64,000 bases of DNA from Candidatus Latescibacterota bacterium (lineage in GTDB: Bacteria; Latescibacterota; UBA2968; UBA8231). Of the stretch, positions 54,141 to 64,000 are shown piece by piece; position 1 is the first letter of the stretch; each line of letters begins with the position of its first letter. The translations under genes were made by a program, and so were the position numbers. The stretch lies in assembly GCA_965248265.1 (NCBI GenBank), contig CBDFJF010000002.1, positions 3,968,001-4,032,000 on the forward strand, read 5' to 3'. The notes under the pieces are model-generated. The model was not told where the DNA came from and searched no databases. It worked only from the letters and a program-made list of their open reading frames with translations.

Positions 54141-56984
54141 TCAATGGGCATCCAGCCAGTTGTCCCCCGTGCCCATTTCCACGATGATGGGAACACTCAT
54201 CGGCAGCGCCGTCATCATCGCCTCAGCAACGACTTCTTTAACTTCGGCCTCTTCTTCCCTGTACAGGTCGAAAACCAGTTCGTCGTGAACCTGCAAAAGC
54301 ATGCGAGTGCGCCAGCCTCTGGCTGACTGCTCAGCATGAATCCGCTGCATGGCCAACTTGATCATGTCCGCGGCAGACCCCTGAATGGGGGAGTTGATGG
54401 CGTTGCGCTCGGCCGCCTGACGGGCTGCCGCGCTCTTGGAGTTGATGTCGCGCAGGTAGCGACGACGGCCCGTCATGGTTTCGACGAAGCCATGCTCGCG
54501 GGCGTACTCAATGCGCTCATCCATGTACCGCCTGACCCCCGGGTACTCCTCAAAATAATGCTCGATCATCTGGGCCGCTTCTCCGCGCACGATGCCCAGA
54601 CGCTCCGCCAACCCGAAGGCCGAAATGCCGTAGACGATGCCGAAGTTGACGGTCTTCGACTGTCTCCTCATGTCGGCGGTGACGACCTCCCGCGGCACCC
54701 CGTAAACGCGACTGGCGGTCACCGTATGGATGTCTTCACCCTCCTGGAACGCCTTTACCATGCGCTCATCCTGGCAGATGTCGGCGATGACCCGGAGTTC
54801 GATCTGCGAGTAGTCTGCGCACAACAGAGTGTATTCCTCTCCGCCGGGCACGAACGCCTTGCGTATTTCTCGCCCCTGCTCGGTACGGACTGGAATGTTC
54901 TGCAGGTTGGGATCGCTCGACTGCATCCTGCCGGTGGCGGCAACCGCCTGCTCGTAATGCGTGTGTATGCGGCCGGTCGCCGGAAAGATGGTGCCCGGCA
55001 GCATATCCAGGTAGGTGGATTTCAGTTTCGTGCAGATGCGGTAATCCAGAATCTGGCGCGCGATCTCATGCTTGTGAGCCAGGCGTGTCAACACCAGCTC
55101 GTTGGTCTGGTACTGCTTTGATTTTCGCGTTCGCCTGGCCTTGGCATCCAGCTTGAGCTTGTCGAACAGGATGGTGCCTAGCTGAGAAGGGGAATTCAGG
55201 TTGAAGGGTTCGCCCGCCAGTTCCTCGATGCGCTTGGCAGCGGCCTCGATCTGCATTTCCAGAGCCACGGACAATTGACGCAAGCAATCCGGATCCACTC
55301 GGATTCCGGCGAACTCCATCGCCGCCAGTACCGGAATCAGCGGAGCCTCTACCTCCTCGAAAACACGAACCTGACCCGTCTCCTTCAGTTTTTCCCGTAG
55401 CAACGTGCTCAGTTGCAGGGTGAGATCCGCGTCCTCGACGGCGTATTCGGAAAGCCTCTCGAGCGCTACTTCTCTCATGCTTTTCTGCTCACTCCCCTTC
55501 TCACCGATCAACTCAACGATCGGAATCGGCCGGTACCCCAACAAGGCCTGTGCCAGGTAGTCGAGGCTTCGCCGCATGTCGGGAACAGCCAGATGGGCGG
55601 CGATCATGGTGTCGACGAGCCTTCCCTTGAGCGTCAATCCATGCCACAGCAGGGTTACCAGATCGAACTTGATGTTGTGGCCGATCTTCTCGATCTCGGA
55701 ATTCTCGAACAGGGGAAGACGGAACTCCTCCAGAACCTGAAGTGCGGCCTGGCGATCCTCAGGCAACGGTACATAGACGCCCGAGTGCGGTTCCAGCGAG
55801 ACCGCCAGTCCAATGATCTCGCAGGATTTCGGGTTGAGACTGGTGGTTTCCAGGTCCAGGCTGAGGGAATTCACCTCGGTGAGCCGGGCGATCAATTGGG
55901 CTCTTTCCGCCGGTCCTTCGACCACTTCGTACTGATGAGGAACGTCCTTCAGCGTCTTCAGCTCCGGGATCTCATCGAGCAGATCCGGAGACCGCTCACT
56001 GGCCTCGGACACCTCAGTCGCCCGTCGAGGCGCCACCTCGAACTGCTTTCCGTACAGCCGTTTGCCGAACATGTTGAACTCGAGTTCGGCGAACAATGCC
56101 TTGAGCGCCTCGTCGTCGAAGGGTTGTCGTGCGAGACTCTCCAGCGTGCACTCCAGCGGCACATCGCGATCGATGGTTACCAACCTCTTGGAGAGCATCG
56201 CCTGGTCCTCGTGTGCTTCGAGAAGCTGTCGCCGCTTGCCCTTTATTTCGTCAACATGATCCAGCAGATTCTCAACGCTGTCGTACTCACCGATCAGCTT
56301 TTGAGCCGTCTTCTTGCCTACGCCGGGCACGCCGGGCACGTTGTCGACACTGTCACCCATTAGCGCCAGGATATCGACAACCTGCTCGATACGCTCCACC
56401 TGCCACTCCTCCAATATCTCTGGAATTCCAAGTACTTCGGCGTCGCTGCCTTTGCGACCCGGCCTGTAGAGGAACGTGTGCTCCGACACCAGCTGAGCGA
56501 AGTCCTTGTCGGGGGTAACCATGTAGGTCGTAACCTGGCCTTCGTCATCAGCCATCCTCGCCAGGGTGCCGATGACGTCATCGGCTTCCCAACCGTCGAC
56601 GCGAATCGTCGGAATACGGAAGGACTCGCACAGTCGCTGGATGTAGGGCAGGGACGCGCTCAGATCATCCGGCATGGACTCTCGTTGAGCCTTGTACTCC
56701 GGAAAGGCTTCATGACGGTGGGTTGGCGTCGGCGTGTCGAAGACGACGGCCATGTAGGTGGGCTGGTACTTGTCCAGGATTTCGAGCAGGGTCGAGGTGA
56801 AGACGAAGGGTGCGGCCGTGTTGATGCCGGTGGCCGTGGTCGGAGGACGTTGTATCATGGCGAAGTAACCACGGTACACCAGGGCCATGCCATCCAGGAG
56901 GTAGAGGGACTTCTGCTTCCCCGTCCCCAACTCCAACTGGCCCGTCTCCGATGTTGGTGTCGGCGTCGTCACATTAACTGCCAA
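54141..56984 (-). CDS. polA: DNA polymerase I
   Basis: YKAQR, EADDVI, GDSVDNVPG, DLETT exo motif, PNLQNIP, ADYSQIELR, NFGIVYG, LQVHDEL. Confidence 0.98.
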   Translation of the reverse strand: MAVNVTTPTPTSETGQLELGTGKQKSLYLLDGMALVYRGYFAMIQRPPTTATGINTAAPFVFTSTLLEILDKYQPTYMAVVFDTPTPTHRHEAFPEYKAQRESMPDDLSASLPYIQRLCESFRIPTIRVDGWEADDVIGTLARMADDEGQVTTYMVTPDKDFAQLVSEHTFLYRPGRKGSDAEVLGIPEILEEWQVERIEQVVDILALMGDSVDNVPGVPGVGKKTAQKLIGEYDSVENLLDHVDEIKGKRRQLLEAHEDQAMLSKRLVTIDRDVPLECTLESLARQPFDDEALKALFAELEFNMFGKRLYGKQFEVAPRRATEVSEASERSPDLLDEIPELKTLKDVPHQYEVVEGPAERAQLIARLTEVNSLSLDLETTSLNPKSCEIIGLAVSLEPHSGVYVPLPEDRQAALQVLEEFRLPLFENSEIEKIGHNIKFDLVTLLWHGLTLKGRLVDTMIAAHLAVPDMRRSLDYLAQALLGYRPIPIVELIGEKGSEQKSMREVALERLSEYAVEDADLTLQLSTLLREKLKETGQVRVFEEVEAPLIPVLAAMEFAGIRVDPDCLRQLSVALEMQIEAAAKRIEELAGEPFNLNSPSQLGTILFDKLKLDAKARRTRKSKQYQTNELVLTRLAHKHEIARQILDYRICTKLKSTYLDMLPGTIFPATGRIHTHYEQAVAATGRMQSSDPNLQNIPVRTEQGREIRKAFVPGGEEYTLLCADYSQIELRVIADICQDERMVKAFQEGEDIHTVTASRVYGVPREVVTADMRRQSKTVNFGIVYGISAFGLAERLGIVRGEAAQMIEHYFEEYPGVRRYMDERIEYAREHGFVETMTGRRRYLRDINSKSAAARQAAERNAINSPIQGSAADMIKLAMQRIHAEQSARGWRTRMLLQVHDELVFDLYREEEAEVKEVVAEAMMTALPMSVPIIVEMGTGDNWLDAH

Positions 56985-57021
56985 ATACGCGGACGCGCGC
57001 CTGTACGAAACGCCACTCGCG

Positions 57022-58041
57022 TCACTCCGCCCACTCGAAGAGGACCCCCATCATGCCCTTCTCATGGCGGTAGATCATTTCGTAGGCTTCCACCATGTCC
57101 GTGTATTTCATGCGATGGGTAATCAGCTTGGAGGGTTGAAGCCTGCCCTCTTCCATGAGCGATAGGATGTGCTTGCACTGCCGCTCTGCGGGGAAACGGT
57201 AACCTGTATCGGACGGATAGAGGTCACCGGCGAAACCGCTGACGGCGATGATGGAGAGGGATTTGGAATAAAACAAATCCATCGACAAAGGGTTGAAGTC
57301 GAGTTCGGCCTCGCCGCGGCCAGACAAACCGACGATGGACACCCGGCCGTTTGGCCGCGCGATCTCCATCGCCGTGCGATAAGCCGGCCACGGATTCGCC
57401 GTCAGGATCACCAGGTCGATCCCGGCGCCGTCAGTGAAATCATCGAGCTTCTGCTGCAGGTCGGGGTCGCTGGACAAAAAGCACTCGTGCACCCCCATCT
57501 GGCGCGCCATGTCGATCCGCTGGGGGCTGTTGGCGATGCCGACGACACGGGCGCCGATCAGCGGACCGACGGCGATGGCTCCCAACCCCAGGACGCCGAC
57601 CCCGACGACGGCGACGTTTTCACCGGGCGCGAACTGTGCCCTGCGATAGCAGTACGAACTGAGGGCGTACAGATGGGCGTACACGGCATCGGCCGAGTCA
57701 ACGCTGGGAGGCACTTTGACGAGCGCCCACGCTGTTTCCGCGACGACGTACTCCGATTGGTGCCACATGCGGGAGACGACGCGGTCACCGACCTGGAAAC
57801 GGGTAACCTCACTGCCAACGGCTCCCACCACACCGAGATTGCTGTCCCCCACCGGCCGTGGATATACGGGTGCACCTGGCACGTCCTCGGCTCCTTCGTA
57901 GTTGCCGCGATCAGTGCCGATCTTGAGGGCGCTGATTTCGGTCTGTACCCAGACCTGGTCGGGCTCCAGCCTAGACGGGTCGGGCGATTCGTGGTCCTCT
58001 ATTCGCAAATCCCGGGGACCGTGGAGCATGGCGAGCTTCAC
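57022..58041 (-). CDS. MDR-family (zinc-binding alcohol dehydrogenase-like) oxidoreductase
   Basis: GAVGSEVTRFQVGDRV, GVGVLG Rossmann motif, LITHR; catalytic Zn Cys/His not evident. Confidence 0.85.
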   Translation of the reverse strand: MKLAMLHGPRDLRIEDHESPDPSRLEPDQVWVQTEISALKIGTDRGNYEGAEDVPGAPVYPRPVGDSNLGVVGAVGSEVTRFQVGDRVVSRMWHQSEYVVAETAWALVKVPPSVDSADAVYAHLYALSSYCYRRAQFAPGENVAVVGVGVLGLGAIAVGPLIGARVVGIANSPQRIDMARQMGVHECFLSSDPDLQQKLDDFTDGAGIDLVILTANPWPAYRTAMEIARPNGRVSIVGLSGRGEAELDFNPLSMDLFYSKSLSIIAVSGFAGDLYPSDTGYRFPAERQCKHILSLMEEGRLQPSKLITHRMKYTDMVEAYEMIYRHEKGMMGVLFEWAE

Positions 58042-58269
58042 CGGATGTGCCTCCTGTTTTGAGTCAGTTGCCAATCGCCTGACGCCGACGCAAGCGGCCA
58101 CTCATGCATAGCGACTGGCAATATATCGCGGGTGGGGATGGGGCGCTACCGGGAGGCCGGATTTGGCTTGGAAGCCGTTGCCGACCGCCCTATCTTACTC
58201 GCTTCGATCCAGTCTGCACCTAGACAGGCGGCGCCACGTTCTCAATGCTGGAGGCAAACCCAAGTCGAC

Positions 58270-59430
58270 ATGGTCGACCGCGGCGAACAAACTCACCAGG
58301 TCCTCAAAGAGCTCTCCGTTCAGTTCGTTTCTTACTTGAGCGAGGAGGGGATGCGGGGACGCAAGCTCGACGTGTCGCGCTTCAGTCGCCAGCACACCAA
58401 ACTGTTCAGCGGTCTTGTGGGCGGGGTCAGCGTCGCCGGCGGTGCCTGGGCGGCCGTGTCTGTGTGGACGGGATCCCTGGGATTGGCGGGCAACCTGGCA
58501 CTCTCTCTCGGCCTGGTCGCCACGCCTATCTGGGTCCCCTTCGCCGGCGGCGTAGCGGGGCTCTCAGCGGCCGGAGGGGCTCTCTACGGCCTCCTCAGCG
58601 TTTCCCGCAGCCGTGGCCGTCGCCGACAACTGCAGAGCGTGATCGGATTCAGCAAGATTCTGCTGAAGGAAGAGGAATTCGCTCCGCACGACGAACGCGT
58701 CATGCGCAAGTTCCTGCGGGCCAAGAAAGTCAAGGAAGGGGACATCGAAAAGCTGCTGCAGACGACCCCCGAGGCCGCCAAGAAGATCGCCTGCGGACAC
58801 CTCTCAGAAGCACAGCGCCAGGAAATCGCCCGCTACATATTTCCTCTCGTCTACACCGGTGACGGCGTGATATCCAGCGCCGGCCGCAGGCGGTTCGCCC
58901 GTGTCTGCGACGAGTTGGAACTGGAAGCGGGAACCTCATCCGTACTCTCCAAGGACTATCGCACCCGCCTGGATGCCCAATGGAGTTATTTGCGCACGTT
59001 GATCGAACGGCTCAATCACTTCGTACACGAACTGATGTTCGACAGTCGCGAGATGGAACTCCTGAGGCAGCAACTGGAGCTGTTGATGTCCTTCGACCCT
59101 CGGCGCTCCGCCGCTGGCAAACGAAGCAAGACACTGCAACGACTGGGTCACCGTGCGCGTCAACCGACCGACGACATCCGTGACGACTCGGTCGATGAAG
59201 CTGCCCTCATGAGTGCTTACGCCATGGCCCACACGGCGGTACGGGACGGCTCCCACCGCAAACAGCTGGCGCGCGTATTCGACCTGTTGGTTAGGCAGCA
59301 ACTGAGTCTGTCTCCTGACTTCGCGCACAAACTTCTGGAGACTCGGCGCAAGATCGACCGCATGTACGCGACCACCCTGGCGACCCTCGCGCCAACTCAA
59401 ACACCCCCAGCGCCGCGAGCCAACGCCTAG
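58270..59430 (+). CDS. Hypothetical membrane protein with TerB-like domain
   Basis: Gly-rich TM hairpin; LVYTGDGVISSAGRRRFARVCDELEL resembles the TerB ADG..S..E motif. Confidence 0.6.
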   Translation: MVDRGEQTHQVLKELSVQFVSYLSEEGMRGRKLDVSRFSRQHTKLFSGLVGGVSVAGGAWAAVSVWTGSLGLAGNLALSLGLVATPIWVPFAGGVAGLSAAGGALYGLLSVSRSRGRRRQLQSVIGFSKILLKEEEFAPHDERVMRKFLRAKKVKEGDIEKLLQTTPEAAKKIACGHLSEAQRQEIARYIFPLVYTGDGVISSAGRRRFARVCDELELEAGTSSVLSKDYRTRLDAQWSYLRTLIERLNHFVHELMFDSREMELLRQQLELLMSFDPRRSAAGKRSKTLQRLGHRARQPTDDIRDDSVDEAALMSAYAMAHTAVRDGSHRKQLARVFDLLVRQQLSLSPDFAHKLLETRRKIDRMYATTLATLAPTQTPPAPRANA

Positions 59431-59468
59431 GGCCGGCCTCAGGCCAAATGGGGTTTTTCAACGGGCCC

Positions 59469-62604
<3,136 letters not shown>

Positions 62605-62629
<25 letters not shown>

Positions 62630-64000
62630 CTGCTTCCTTGATCGGCGAGACACCTGCCCGTGTGCGAACCTGGTGTTGCAGCGATTTCATCCGGGGTTCC
62701 CACGGCAACGATCTGGCCACCATCCTCTCCTGACTCGGGTCCTACATCGATGACATAATCGGCGCATCGAATGACATCCAGATCATGCTCGACGACGACG
62801 ACCGTGTGACCGCCCTCGACGAGAAGCTGCAGAAGCTCGATCAAGTATTCGACGTCCCGAATGTGGAGGCCCGTCGTCGGCTCGTCCAGTATGTAGAGGA
62901 TTCTGGCGTCGATCGAACGGCTCAGTTCAGCCGTCAACTTGAGACGCTGAGCCTCTCCTCCGGACAGGCTGCTCGCGGGTTGACCGAGCACGAGATAACC
63001 CAGGCCGAGATCGCTCAACATGCGCAGGCGTCGTTCGATCTGGGGAATGGCCTCGAACAACGCCAGTGCTTCGGTGACGCTCATCGCCAGGACATCGACG
63101 ATGCTGGCCTGGCGAAACCGGATATCCAGGATTTCCGTCTTGAAGCGTTGACCGCTGCACGTCGCGCAGGGTTGAGCCAGGTTTTCGAACTGACCGTGCC
63201 TTCGTGGTCCCAATCCGGTCCCTCCGCACTGACCACAAGCACCGCCGGGCACATTGAAGCTGAAATGGGCGGGCTTGTAGCCCCGCAATCTGGCTTCGGG
63301 AAGTTCGGCGTAGAGCCGCCTGACGTGGGTCAGTAGGCCTGAATAGGAAGCGGCGTTCGAGCGCGTACTGCGACCGATTGATTTCTGATCCACGGCCATC
63401 ACGCTGCCAATGTGCTCCAGGCCTGTACAGGTGCTGAATGGCAGCGGTGGCTGCTGCGTCTTGCGGAGTCGAGCGGCAACGGCTCGGTAGAGGGTTCCAT
63501 GCACCAGACTGCTCTTGCCTGAGCCCGAAACGCCGGTCACAGCCACGAGGCATTGCAGCGGCACGGAGGCATCGATCCCCTTGAGATTGTGTCCGGTCGC
63601 CCCCTTGAGTTCCAACCAGCCGTGTGCTCCCGGAGATCGCCGCCGGGCAGAGACGGCCTGTCGTTCACCGCGCAGATAGCGCGCGGTGGATGAGGACGCG
63701 TTCGCCACATCACCCGGCGTACCCTGGGTGATCACCTCACCACCCTCCACCCCGGCTCCCGGTCCCATTTCGACGAGGTAGTCGGCACACTCAAGGATGG
63801 CAAGGTCGTGCTCGACGACAAGCAGGGTGTTGCCCTGATCTCGCAAACGCATCAAGGCTCCGGCCAGACGATCGGCATCCCTGGCATGGAGTCCCACGCT
63901 GGGCTCATCCAGCACGTAAAGCATTCCCGTCATCTCAGAGCCCAGAGCCGCTGCCAGACGAAGGCGTTGGAGTTCCCCACTGGAGAGGGTGTTGGCCGAC
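62605..64000 (-). CDS. uvrA: Excinuclease ABC subunit A, C-terminal part (5' truncated)
   Basis: LSSGELQR, LDEPSVGLH, VEHD, HNLK, GVSGSGKSS, FSFN, LSGGEAQRLKL, DEPTTGLH. Confidence 0.93.

Overview
GC-rich bacterial chromosomal segment with about 62 CDS. I found no rRNA, tRNA, CRISPR array, prophage or transposase gene. Gene order (rsmB-PASTA-rpe, ffh-rpsP-rimM-trmD-rplS-small membrane protein) is compatible with an FCB-group lineage such as Latescibacterota/Gemmatimonadota; this is unverified inference. Main blocks: (1) 1-10084, a cobalamin/folate methyl-transfer operon (MtaA/CmuA-family methyltransferase, corrinoid protein, Cys-rich small protein, RACo, MetF-MetV fusion, AcsE-like, homocysteine methyltransferase, CvfA-like) running into mnmG; (2) 19931-26218, an unusual signalling operon (YkgJ-like, HDOD, PAS-HisKA without ATPase, transporter-HEAT-cNMP fusion); (3) 27970-29836, a lipoprotein plus active and apparently inactive L,D-transpeptidase; (4) 45660-53974, amtB-glnK-soxBDAG(mgd-like)-gmaS, a methylamine/N-methyl nitrogen-scavenging cluster; (5) housekeeping genes. 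Features missed by the ORF track: a CxxU Rdx-family selenoprotein (43632-43859) with a SECIS-like hairpin, a 58-aa Cys-rich ORF (26305-26481), a 162-bp MITE with CTAG flanks (27808-27969) and a possible related end remnant, a tandem palindromic operator (11242-11277), and a probable CTG-initiated GNAT. All family assignments come from motif recognition by eye, not from database searches.
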